A stretch of DNA of 64,000 bases, from contig CAKKNE010000004.1 of assembly GCA_918797485.1 (NCBI GenBank), positions 3,472,001 to 3,536,000 of the forward strand, written 5' to 3'. Shown piece by piece: positions 20,492-29,866 of this stretch. Position 1 is the stretch's first letter; each line of letters begins with the position of its first letter. Under the pieces are notes generated by a model that did no database searches, was not told where the DNA came from, and saw only the letters and a program-made list of their open reading frames with translations. This DNA comes from Pelagomonas calceolata (lineage: Eukaryota). A program made the translations under genes and the position numbers.

Positions 20492-20661
20492 TCGTGCGTT
20501 TCTTGCTGCTGTTGCTAGTCTCTGCGTTAGGACAGCTGTTGGGATCCTTGGTGTCATCTGACGCCTCTATGTGTCCGGGTCCAGTAAGGTTGTAAGGGTG
20601 GGCGCACGCATGCAACCGGTGCGAACGAGGTCATTTGCGCGATCTTTTTTTGCGGCATCGA

Positions 20662-20682
20662 GCTAGCGGTGTAAGACACTAG
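20662..20682 (-). promoter_or_regulatory. CTAG-bounded upstream motif
   Basis: gctagcggtgtaagacactag between divergent genes. Confidence 0.7.
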
Positions 20683-20911
20683 AATGCTATTTTTGGTGCG
20701 GCGTTTTTTGCACGCCGGCATCGCGAGCACAAGGATCGTGCGTGCGGAAAAGCCCTAGGAACTAGTACCCTCCTTCACATCTGGCAGCTGCCAGGAGAAG
20801 CGCGCGAACCTCGATCATTGGAAAGCATCTGACTTGCCAGTTGATTCTAAAACACAACCGCAAGAGCCAAAACAAACACAAGAAGCCAAAACAAACACAA
20901 GAGAGCCAGAG

Positions 20912-22515
20912 ATGTCGGAGCAGGCCGAGGGCTGGCACACCGACGCGAGCGGCCTGCGCGTCAAGAAGTGGGACCCGCACCGCGAGACGCGGCGGCGCGG
21001 CTACGAGCGGCAGCTGCAGCAGCACCAGGTGCGGCGGCTCGAGGGCGCGACGCCGTCGTCCTACGCCTCGAACCAGCCGGGCACGCTCGCGGCGCGCGGC
21101 GCCGCCGCGCGCGCCAAGGCGCAGCAGTCGCGGGACGCGCGCGTGGGCCGCGCGAAGAAGTTCAACGACCGCCACGCGGAGGCGCTCGTGCGGCGTCAGA
21201 AGCAGGGCGCCGCGGCGTCGCACCGCGAGAACGACCGCTACATGGCCGACTTCCGCGACGCGTACGGCCTCGCGGCGCCGGCCGAGCCGGCCGGCGGCCC
21301 GCGCGGCGCGGCCTGCGCCTTCTCGCGCGCGCGCGTCGCGTCGTGGGGCAATCGAGAGGTCGACGCGGCCGCGGCCGACGCGTTCCGGCGGGGCCCGCGC
21401 GACCCGCGCGGCGCGCTCGTCGACTGCAGCGACCGGCCGCTCCTCGCGATGTCCGTGTCGGACGACGGCGCCGACGTCGTCGCGGGCGGCGCGGACCACG
21501 CGGCCCACGGCGTCGACGTGGCGCGCGCCGGCGCCAGGCCCCAGCGCCAGTACCACGGCAAGGCGCGCGGCCACCACGAGTGGGTGACGGGCGTCGCGCA
21601 CTGCGGCGGCCGGAGCGTCGCGACGTGCGGCGCCGACGGGCGGCTCTGCCTCTGGCGCTCGCCGCACGCGTGCGAGGAGCTCGTCACCGCGGACGGCGCG
21701 GCGTCGCTCTCCGTGCTGCTGGCCGACGCCGCGCGGCCGCAGCTCCTCCTGGCGGCGGGCTACGACGGCACGGCGCGGCTCTTCGACGTCGGCGGGCGGC
21801 GCGCGCGCGAGGCGGGCCGGCTGGCGCCCGGCGGCGGCGCCGGCCGCGCGCCGGTCCTCTGCGCCGCCTGGGACCGGGAGGCCTGCGGCCTCGGCGACCG
21901 CGACGGCCGCGTGCTCGTCTACGACCTCGCGACCTGCTCGCGGACGCGGCTCCTCCGGCTCCCAGCGGCGTTTGCGCGATGCCGCGCACGCGACTCACCG
22001 GTCGCTTTCCACCGCGCAGGCCCCACGAGGAGGCGGGCCACTGCGTCGCGCTCTGCGCGGTCGGCGACCGCCTCGTGAGCGGCCACCAGGACGGCCGCGT
22101 GCGGGGCTGGGACGCGCGCGACCGCGACGACCGGCCGGCCTGGACCGCGCCCGCGCACCGGGGCCGCGCCGGGGCCGGCGCGGCCTCGTGCGTCGCGGCG
22201 CTGGCGGACGACGCCCTCGTCGCGACGTGCGGCGCGGACCGGCGCGTCTGCGTCGTCGACCCGCGCGCGCCGGACGCGCCCGTCCACGCCTTCCGCGAGC
22301 ACCGCGACTTCCCCTACTGCCTCGCGACGCTCGGCGGGGACCTCATCTTCACGGGCGCCGGCGACGGCGCGCTGCTCTGCCACGACGTGCGCGGCGCCGG
22401 AAGCTGCGCGTGGGGCCTCGGCGCGGGCCTGAGCGCCGTGCGCTGCGTCGACGCGCGGCCGGGCCAGCTCGCCGCCGCGGGCGACGACGGCAACGTAATG
22501 GTCTGGGAGTTTTGA
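20912..22515 (+). CDS. WD40-repeat protein; exons ~20912-21957, 22020-22515
   Basis: GHHEWVTGV..TCGADGRLCLW, AGYDGTARLFD, SGHQDGRVRGWD, GDDGNVMVWEF. The frame change is explained by a short intron ending ccgcgcag at 22019. Confidence 0.85.
21958..22019 (+). other. Probable GC-AG intron, decayed introner-like
   Basis: 3' end actcaccggtcgctttccaccgcgcag resembles the introner end actcactggttgatttccacacag. Donor position uncertain (21958 or 21949). Confidence 0.6.
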
Positions 22516-22534
22516 ATTTCACACTACATACATA

Positions 22535-23403
22535 TCACATTACGTCCCCCCCTCCGTCGTCGAAGTCGAGCATGAAGTCCTGCGCGTCGACGAGCTCACC
22601 CGCGACGACGATCACGTCGGAGCCGTCCTCGACGTCGAGGTCGACGAGCGACTCGCCCACGAGCCGCGTCACCTCGCGCAGCTCGTACTCGTTCATCTCG
22701 CCCAGGACGCGGAACGAGAACACGCCGCGTACCTCGCGCGCGAACCTGTGTGGAAATCAACCAGTGAGTTAGGTTGCCCGACGGCCGCGTCAAGCGCCTC
22801 GCCGCCGCGGCGCCGAATTTCGTCTCCGTGAAATTTGATTTCCACACAGGCGCGATACGCGGCGTGGTCGGGTGACAAGCGCAGCACGAGCCGCGTCGGC
22901 GTCCCGCCGCAGACGTAGACGCCCTCCCAGGCGCCCGCGAGGGGTATTGACGCGTCGGCGGCCTCGTCGGCGTCGACGCGCTGGAGCGTGAACCGCGAGC
23001 AGGCCGCCATGATGTCACCTTCCCCATCAGTAATTTCGCCCGACAACGTACAGTTGTCCTCGAAGCGGCCCCGCAGCCCGACCGTGATCCAGCCCTCGGG
23101 CTGGTCGAGCCAGGCGCCGGCGACGAGCTCGAAGGCGCCCTCGGCGTCAGGCAGGTCGCCCCGCACCTCGAACGCGCCCTTGACGGCGTCCGCGCGGTCG
23201 CGGCCCTCCTCGAGGTGGGCCCGCACGACGCCGAGGAGCCGCTCGCGCCACGACGACGGCTTCGCCGCCGGCGCCGCATTTGTTGGTGGCCGCGCCGGCG
23301 CGCGGCCGTTGATTATTTCGCAGTCCGGGCCCGCGAGCGAGGTGCAGCGCTGTGTAGTTGCTTGTCGGAGGAGGAGGAGGAGGAGGGCTAGGGCGTGGCG
23401 CAT
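22535..23403 (-). CDS. Hypothetical secreted protein; exons 23403-22859, 22745-22535
   Basis: Signal peptide MRHALALLLLLL; internally repeated (GAFEV/GVFSF-RxxG) module; splicing gives DHAAFAREVRGVFSF. Confidence 0.7.
22746..22858 (-). mobile_element. Introner intron (GT-AG, 113 nt)
   Basis: Perfect TIRs at 22746 and 22849; gene-sense TSD gtatcgcgc (intronic, +1 nt) vs gttcgcgc (exonic); CTAAC branch-like site. Confidence 0.92.
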
Positions 23404-24172
23404 GGTGCAGCTCTGGTGCAGCTGTGCACAGGCTCTGGTGTGATGGCCTCAGGGCTGCGGTGCGGATGCAGCCGTACGAAAAGTGATCTCCGCGTGCTCC
23501 GGAGGTACTTTGCAGGCCTCTAGGAGGCACGCAGACTCGTCGCAAAAGCCAGGCAAGCTAGCTATTGAGGCTCTAGCGGCAAAGCCGAACGACTACCGAG
23601 GGCGTAAGCTTTGCGATAAATCAAATTGCAATTCCTACGAATAGTCTCGTGTCGTGCGTCGAGACCCGTGTGACGGCCGCCCCCGCGTCGCCCTCGGCGC
23701 GAGGGCGCAATGCTGTGTTCTCGTCTCCGTCGCTTGGGCCCGGGGAAGGACGGGCCGCTTGTAGGAATCGCCAGGGAGTTGTTTTTCGGCCGAGGGAGGA
23801 GGTACTAAGACGCCGGACGCGCGGCGCGCCCAGCATGCCCAAAAACGCCAGTTTGCTAGATTCGTCCGGTTGGGCGGAGCAATAGGCTGCGGCAGGGGTG
23901 TTCCCACGGCTCCTAGACACCCCAGAAGGCAGCTGAAAGCTGATGACGACGGCCACGCGCAGCTGTAGAGGACGTCTATCTACAACCCCGGCTAACCTGG
24001 GCCCGTCACCACCCCCGTGCGGCTTGCTGGTTGCAATCTTTGCCGACGGACGCAGCGTGTTGGCGAGCGTCGCGTCGCGGGACGCCAGCTTCGGAGTCTC
24101 GGATCCAGCCTCGCTCATAGCCCCAAAACAGCGCCGCGGCACGCCCGTGGCGCCCCCAAACGGGACCCAGAC

Positions 24173-25315
24173 ATGCCGCGACCCGGCAGACGACGACGGC
24201 ATACTCCCACAACAGCCCTCCTGCTCCTAGCAACAAAAACCGCCGCGTCGACGCTCTCGCTCCGGCCCAAAACAACAATCAAGCCGCAGATTAATATTGT
24301 GGACTACCCGCCGGCGCCGCCGGACCCGACGGACTTTAGTTTTGATTATGACGCCGCCGAGGCCGCGGCGAACGCGCCCCGTTTATTAACCAAGGACGAG
24401 GAGGTCGCGCTCGCGCGGTCGGTCCAAAGATTACGCCGGTTGGAAGACGTGCGCAGCGCGCTGGCGCACGGCACGGGGCGCACGGAGGAGCAGGTGCCGG
24501 ACTTCGAGTGGGCCCAGACGCTGGGCGTGGACTTTGAGTACCTCAGCGCCGAGAAGCAGCGCGGCGCCGCGGCGCGCGCGACGCTAACCCAGGCGAACCT
24601 GAGATTGGTAGTGAGCATCGCGAAGCGCTACCGGTTCTGCGGGTTAGATAGGGAGGACCTGCTCCAGGAGGGCGCCTTCGGCCTGTCGCGCGCCGTCGAG
24701 CGCTTCGACCCGGAGCGCGGCTTTCGCTTCTCGACCTACGCGACGTTCTGGATCCGCCAGGCGGCGCTAAGAGCGCTGGCCGAGCAGAGCCGGGTCATCC
24801 GCTTGCCCGCTCATGTCCACGACCAGCTCGCTTCTCTGAGAAAGGCGTCGCGCGCGCTCCAGTCCGAACTGGGCCGGGACGCGTCGACGGACGAGCTCGC
24901 GGACCACCTCTCGGCGTCGGCGGAAAAGGTCGATTTCTTGCGGCGCTGCGAGCAGCAGGACCCGCAGTCCCTCGAGGCGGCGCGCCAGGTGAATAGAGGT
25001 AAGGGTTCCATGGCGAGCAACCAAAACGGTAACGCGCCGAACTTCGCCGAGCTCCTCGCCGACCAGACGCCGGCGCCGGAGCAGGTCGTGGAACAGGCGC
25101 ACCGCTACGAGCGCGTGACGAAGCTTTTCGACAGCGCGCTGACGGCGCGCGAGCGCGACGTCCTCGGCATGACGTTCGGGCTCGGCGGCCGCGCGCCGCT
25201 GTCGAAAACGAAGATCGCGGAGCTGCTCCGCGTCTCGCGCGAGCGCGTCCGCCAGATCGAGGTCCGCGCGCTCGGAAAGCTCCGCTCGCACGTCCGCGAG
25301 CCGCGTGCCGCCTAA
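24173..25315 (+). CDS. Nuclear-encoded plastid RNA polymerase sigma-70 factor
   Basis: LLTKDEEVALA, ANLRLVVSIAKRY, DLLQEG, FDPERGFRFSTYATFWIRQ, VSRERVRQIE; N-terminal targeting-like extension. Start codon is a best guess. Confidence 0.9.
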   Translation: MPRPGRRRRHTPTTALLLLATKTAASTLSLRPKTTIKPQINIVDYPPAPPDPTDFSFDYDAAEAAANAPRLLTKDEEVALARSVQRLRRLEDVRSALAHGTGRTEEQVPDFEWAQTLGVDFEYLSAEKQRGAAARATLTQANLRLVVSIAKRYRFCGLDREDLLQEGAFGLSRAVERFDPERGFRFSTYATFWIRQAALRALAEQSRVIRLPAHVHDQLASLRKASRALQSELGRDASTDELADHLSASAEKVDFLRRCEQQDPQSLEAARQVNRGKGSMASNQNGNAPNFAELLADQTPAPEQVVEQAHRYERVTKLFDSALTARERDVLGMTFGLGGRAPLSKTKIAELLRVSRERVRQIEVRALGKLRSHVREPRAA

Positions 25316-25352
25316 CAATTCTAGTAGTTCTCTCGCGTCGATGGCGTCGCAA

Positions 25353-26603
25353 TCACAAAACACTTACACGCGCCTCGACGCCGAGGTCGCCAGATACGTG
25401 CGAAAAGACGAGGGCAGCGTTCGTCCCGCCGAAGCCGCTCGACGTCGAGAGCGCCACGCGCAGGTCCCGGCGCGTCGCCTCCACGACGAGCGTCACGCGC
25501 GCCGACGTGGGCAGCGGCGCCGCGAGGTGCGCCGTCGCCGGCGCGAGGCCGTCTCTCAGGGCCAGGACCGCGAAGCAGGCCTCGAGCGCGCCCGCCGCGC
25601 CGAGCAGGTGGCCCGTCGCGCCCTTCGTCGACGCCACGAGCGCGTCGTCGCCGCGCCGCCCTTCGAGCAAAGCCTCGAGCGCCGCGAGCTCGGCCGCGTC
25701 GCCGGCGGGCGTGCCGGCCGCGTGCGCGTTGACGTGGTCGATCAGGTCAGGCTCAAAGTTGGCGTCGCCCAGCGCGGCGCGCGCGGCCCTCAACACGCCC
25801 GCGCCGTCCGGCGGCGGCGCTGACATGTGCACGGCGTCGCCGCCGAGGCCGTAGCCCCGCAGCTCCGCGTAGGCGCGCGCGCCGCGGCGCGCCGCGCTCG
25901 CCGCGTCCTCGAGCACGAGCACGGCGGCGCCCTCGCCGAGCACGAAGCCGCTCCGCGCGGCGTCGAAGGGCCGCGCGGCGCCGTCGCGCGAGAGCGCGCC
26001 CATGCGCGCGAAGCCCCGGAGCGCGACCTCGTCGACGCACGCCTCAGCGCCGCCGCAGAGGGCGACGTCGCAGTCCCCGCGCTGGACGAGGCGGAACGCG
26101 TCGCCCACGGCCTGGGCCCCGGCGGCGCACGCCGCGGCCGACGTCTGCACGGGGCCCGCGCAGGCGTGCTCGAGGGACACGGCGCCGGCCGCCGTGTTGC
26201 AGAGCGCGCGCGGCACGAAGAACGGCGAGAGCTTCTTGCCTTCGGCGACGCGGTGCGCCGCGTCGACGATGTCGCCCAGGCCGCCGACGCCCGACGCGAT
26301 CGACGCGCCGCGCCGCGCCGGCGCGTGGGCCTCGAGGCCGCCGGCGTCGCGGACCGCCTCGGCGGCCGCGCGGAGCGCCAGCGCGACGACCCGCGCCTTC
26401 TCCCGCTTCTCGTCGAGCGCCAGGTCGCCGCAGCGCGCCGCGACGAACGACGCGCCGTCGATGTCGAACCGTGCTGCCGCCGACTCGCCGCGCTGCGCGC
26501 GCCGCCAGCTCTCCGCGGCGGTCCCGCCGAGCGGCGACGCGCAGCCGAGCCCCGTCACGACGACGCGGCGCAGCGGCTGGTGGAGGCGTGGTGGGGGCAG
26601 CAT
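25353..26603 (-). CDS. fabF: 3-oxoacyl-ACP synthase II (KAS II; FabF/OXSM-like, possibly mitochondrial)
   Basis: RRVVVTGLG, AACAAG, GFVLGEGA, NAHAAGT..GD, STKGATGHLLGAAG, GFGGTN. Confidence 0.92.
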   Translation of the reverse strand: MLPPPRLHQPLRRVVVTGLGCASPLGGTAAESWRRAQRGESAAARFDIDGASFVAARCGDLALDEKREKARVVALALRAAAEAVRDAGGLEAHAPARRGASIASGVGGLGDIVDAAHRVAEGKKLSPFFVPRALCNTAAGAVSLEHACAGPVQTSAAACAAGAQAVGDAFRLVQRGDCDVALCGGAEACVDEVALRGFARMGALSRDGAARPFDAARSGFVLGEGAAVLVLEDAASAARRGARAYAELRGYGLGGDAVHMSAPPPDGAGVLRAARAALGDANFEPDLIDHVNAHAAGTPAGDAAELAALEALLEGRRGDDALVASTKGATGHLLGAAGALEACFAVLALRDGLAPATAHLAAPLPTSARVTLVVEATRRDLRVALSTSSGFGGTNAALVFSHVSGDLGVEARVSVL

Positions 26604-26715
26604 TGCTCGTTTTTGCAGTCTGCAGGCGTGCAGCGATGGTGTTGCACTCTGCGGTTCCTCCGCTAGCTGTAAATCAACAAATGCGATGCGCGGCTCGAGC
26701 CAAAGGGTGGTGCTT

Positions 26716-26739
26716 GCTAGTGCCTTACAGGACGCTAGC
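26716..26739 (+). promoter_or_regulatory. CTAG-bounded upstream motif
   Basis: gctagtgccttacaggacgctagc between divergent fabF and USP. Confidence 0.7.
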
Positions 26740-26885
26740 TACGGAGCGCTTCAAGTCACTTTTTACGCTGCATTGCTGCAATCAGAGATTACGCGGAGGC
26801 TTCGAATCCTTGCTCGCAGCGGTGCAGACCACGCGCTGCACATCAGCAAGCTCAAGCTTAACACTTGGTGCCAAGCTAGGCTGCA

Positions 26886-27989
26886 ATGGCGGCTGCAAGG
26901 CCCTGCAAGCTGCTGCTAGCAATCGCCGCAGCGGCGCAGGCCACGACCTGGGGCGGCTTAAGGAATCAAGGCAACACCTGCTACCTCAACAGCCTGCTCC
27001 AGACGCTGTTCCATGTGCCGGCGCTCCGGTCGGACGTGCTGGGCCGGCCGGCGGAGCCGCGCGGATTGATGAAGCGGCTGCGGACGGCGCCGCGGCCGGC
27101 GCGCGCCCTGGCGGACGTCTTCAAACGGCTGGCGCAGAACGCGACGGCGCAGACGCGCGGCCTCACGCGCGCGCTCGGCGTGAGCGGCCTGCAGCAGCAG
27201 GACGCGCAGGAGTACCTGCGATTGCTGGTCGGCGAGTTGTGCGAGGACGCGGCGCTCGGGGATCGCGTGCGGAGCTGCTACGAGGGCCGCGCGGAGAATT
27301 TCCTCGAGGCCACCGACGCCGAGGCCGAGCGCCTGGGCGAGCGGCCGGCCAAAATTCGCGAGGAGGCCTTCCTGGACGTGTCGCTGGACGTGGAGGCGGA
27401 GGACGGCACCGTGGAGGGGGCCCTCCAGCGCTACCTCGAACCCGAAATTCTGGACGGCGAGAACCGGTGGGCGTCGCCGGCCGGGCGCTGCGCCGCGCGC
27501 AAGGGCGTCCGGTTCGCGCGGCTGCCTTCAGTAATTGTGCTCCACCTCAAGCGCTTCGCCTACGACTACATGCGGGACGAGGTACAAAAGAAAGGCGCGC
27601 CGCTGCGCGTGCCCTTCCGGCTGCCGGCGGCGGCCTTCGAGCGCGCCGCGCCCGTGGAAGAGCCGGAGGAGGGCGAGGAAGCCGTCGCGCCGGCCGGCGC
27701 CGAAGAAGCGCCGCCAGACGACGACCGGGACCCGTACCTGCTCCACGCCGTCGTCGTGCACGTCGGCGGCGGCCGCGGCGGCCACTACTACGCGTACGTC
27801 GACCCGCTGCTCGACGGCCGCTGGGTCAAGTTCGACGACGACCGCGTCTCCGCCGCCGACGCGCGCGTCGTCGCCGCGGAGGCGGCCGGCGCCGAGCTCG
27901 GCGGCGGGAACTCGGTCGGGGCCTACCTCCTCCAGTACGTGCGCGCGTCCGCGGCGCCGCGGCTCGGGCTGCGCGGGGTCGAGCTTTAG
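26886..27989 (+). CDS. Ubiquitin-specific protease (C19/USP) with N-terminal signal peptide
   Basis: GLRNQGNTCYLNSLLQ, QQDAQE, LHLKRF, HVG...GGHYYAY, WVKFDD. Confidence 0.92.
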   Translation: MAAARPCKLLLAIAAAAQATTWGGLRNQGNTCYLNSLLQTLFHVPALRSDVLGRPAEPRGLMKRLRTAPRPARALADVFKRLAQNATAQTRGLTRALGVSGLQQQDAQEYLRLLVGELCEDAALGDRVRSCYEGRAENFLEATDAEAERLGERPAKIREEAFLDVSLDVEAEDGTVEGALQRYLEPEILDGENRWASPAGRCAARKGVRFARLPSVIVLHLKRFAYDYMRDEVQKKGAPLRVPFRLPAAAFERAAPVEEPEEGEEAVAPAGAEEAPPDDDRDPYLLHAVVVHVGGGRGGHYYAYVDPLLDGRWVKFDDDRVSAADARVVAAEAAGAELGGGNSVGAYLLQYVRASAAPRLGLRGVEL

Positions 27990-28027
27990 TTTCATTTACT
28001 TTGTAATGCTCGGTCTCGTTAGTCTAC

Positions 28028-28060
28028 TGTTACGGTGCTAGGACTAGTGGGCGGAGCCCC
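28028..28060 (+). repeat. Dispersed ~32-bp repeat, copy 1
   Basis: tgttacggtgctaggactagtgggcggagcccc; near-identical at 29519 and 44451. Confidence 0.9.
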
Positions 28061-28430
28061 TCGGTCTCGTCGTCGTCGTCGCGCGGGTGCGCCTTTTTTC
28101 TTGGGTAGGCGTCGGCGACGCGGCCTATTCGTGGCCGCCGGACGTATCCGCTGTGTCCGGAGGGAAAGATGCCCGTATGCGCGTGGGGCGGCGCCGTCCT
28201 GTCACAGGGTTGATTTTGTAGCAGGGAGAGCCATTTTGGCAGTCGCCATACGAGCTTGTTGGCGTAACGCGCGGGTAGCACAGCTTTCGATTGCATCACG
28301 CAACATACCATCACTGCGCTCGAAAGCTGCAGTGATCGCCGCGACACCGCTAGGTAGTTGCCTGTGCCCAAAAAGGCTGTGCTTGCAGCAGTGCATCGCC
28401 GCGCGCGAAAAGAAATAAGCTAACGCAACG

Positions 28431-29396
28431 ATGCGCCGCGCCCTGACGCTAGCGCTCTGCCTCGCGGCCGCCGACGCGGGCTTGAGGATCGGCAAGCCGT
28501 CCGGCGCGGGCGCGCTGAAGATGGCCACGCGCGAGGAGGAGAAGAAGGCGAAGGAGGAGCGCCGCGCGAAGCGCAAGGCCGCCATGTCCAAGGACCCGGA
28601 GCAGGCGCGGAAGGAGCTCAAGGAGCGCCTCGCGGGCTATAGTACCGGCGAGGCGCGGGCGCGCAAGTACATGCAGATCGCGCGGACGAAGAAGTTCGGC
28701 ATGAGCGACGAGGAGTTCGCGAAGCAGCAGCAGACGTACGGGCGCGTCGCCATGGACGAGGCCCAGATGGAGATGCGGCGGCGGGCCGAGAAGGCCCGGG
28801 ACGCGGTGGAGACACAACGCATCAAGGAGAACCGGAGCCGCGTCTTCCGCCGCGTGACGGGCCGCGCCGCGAAGGCGACGGACCCCGTCGACGCGGACCC
28901 AACCCTGGCCCCGGTTGCGGTGGCGGCGGACGGTAGCGTGGCGGCGGCGCCGCGTTCTACCAGACTCTCGCCCGCCGCGAAGAAGGTGCTCAAGGGCTCG
29001 GCGCTCGCCGCGGCGGCCGCGGCCGTCGGCAAGCTCGTGGTCGCCAAGATCGCCGAGCGGCCGGCGGCGGCCCCGCCGGCACCCGCCCCGCCGGCGCCGG
29101 CGCCCGCCGAACCGGCCGTGGACGCCGCGGAGCCGGACGCCCCGGCCGAGGAGGCCGTCGCGCCGGCCGGCGCCGACGACGACGCTGCCGCCGCTGAAGA
29201 CGGCGCCGCGGCCGTCCCCGGCATGAGCCCCGAGGCGGCGGCGCGCCTCGCCGAGGCGAAGCTGCGCGAGGAGCTCCTCGGCCGCGTCGAGGGCCAGTAC
29301 AAGCTGCGCGGGGAGACGTGCCCGCTGAGCGTGCAGAAGCAGACCGTCGCCGAGCTCGAGGCGACGCTCGCGGAGCTGCGGGGGGAGCGCGAGTGA
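28431..29396 (+). CDS. Hypothetical protein with signal peptide (possibly plastid-targeted), coiled-coil and Pro/Ala-rich regions
   Basis: MRRALTLALCLAAADAGL; strong GC3 bias; 321 aa. Confidence 0.75.
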   Translation: MRRALTLALCLAAADAGLRIGKPSGAGALKMATREEEKKAKEERRAKRKAAMSKDPEQARKELKERLAGYSTGEARARKYMQIARTKKFGMSDEEFAKQQQTYGRVAMDEAQMEMRRRAEKARDAVETQRIKENRSRVFRRVTGRAAKATDPVDADPTLAPVAVAADGSVAAAPRSTRLSPAAKKVLKGSALAAAAAAVGKLVVAKIAERPAAAPPAPAPPAPAPAEPAVDAAEPDAPAEEAVAPAGADDDAAAAEDGAAAVPGMSPEAAARLAEAKLREELLGRVEGQYKLRGETCPLSVQKQTVAELEATLAELRGERE

Positions 29397-29518
29397 GTTC
29401 GTGGTGGGTAAACACGCAATGTCATCGTAGTAGGACGCGCTACTTCGCGTCGAGGCGCGACGGACTGATCGGTGCGAGCCCGCCGTGTGTCAATCGGTGC
29501 GCGCGGGTTCATTATATC

Positions 29519-29550
29519 GTTGCGGTGCTAGGACTAGTGGGCGGAGCCCC
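29519..29550 (+). repeat. Dispersed ~32-bp repeat, copy 2
   Basis: gttgcggtgctaggactagtgggcggagcccc. Confidence 0.9.
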
Positions 29551-29645
29551 TTGGGGGAAGACGTGCGCGGTCAGGCTCAGGCTAGTTACGTCGCAGGGTC
29601 CCCCGTACCCCTCCCGCTCCCCCCGGTCCCACCCGTCCGGATTTT

Positions 29646-29668
29646 GCTAGTGTCTTACAGCACGCTGG
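29646..29668 (+). promoter_or_regulatory. CTAG-bounded upstream motif
   Basis: gctagtgtcttacagcacgctgg upstream of GDI. Confidence 0.65.
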
Positions 29669-29866
29669 GACACGCGGCATTAATTTTCATTTTTCGCGCA
29701 TCTAATCGCTGCCTGGGAGCTGGGCATCGCTGCGGCCTCATCGGTGATCAGTTCGCGCCCGCAGCCCGTCGCTGCGCGTCGCTCAACGCTCGCATCCACC
29801 GCTGCGGCTCGCTGGATAAAATAAACAAATAGAAATCGAGGAGAGCGGCCGCTCAGTAGTAAAACC

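Noticed and set aside
23557..23577. gctagctattgaggctctagc as another copy of the upstream motif
   Set aside because: It has the CTAG ends and a promoter location but lacks the core, so it was not counted.
24173..26603. Sigma-70 and fabF as a bacterial insert or contamination
   Set aside because: Both have targeting-like leaders and host-like composition and sit among clearly eukaryotic genes. Nuclear-encoded organellar copies are expected in algae.
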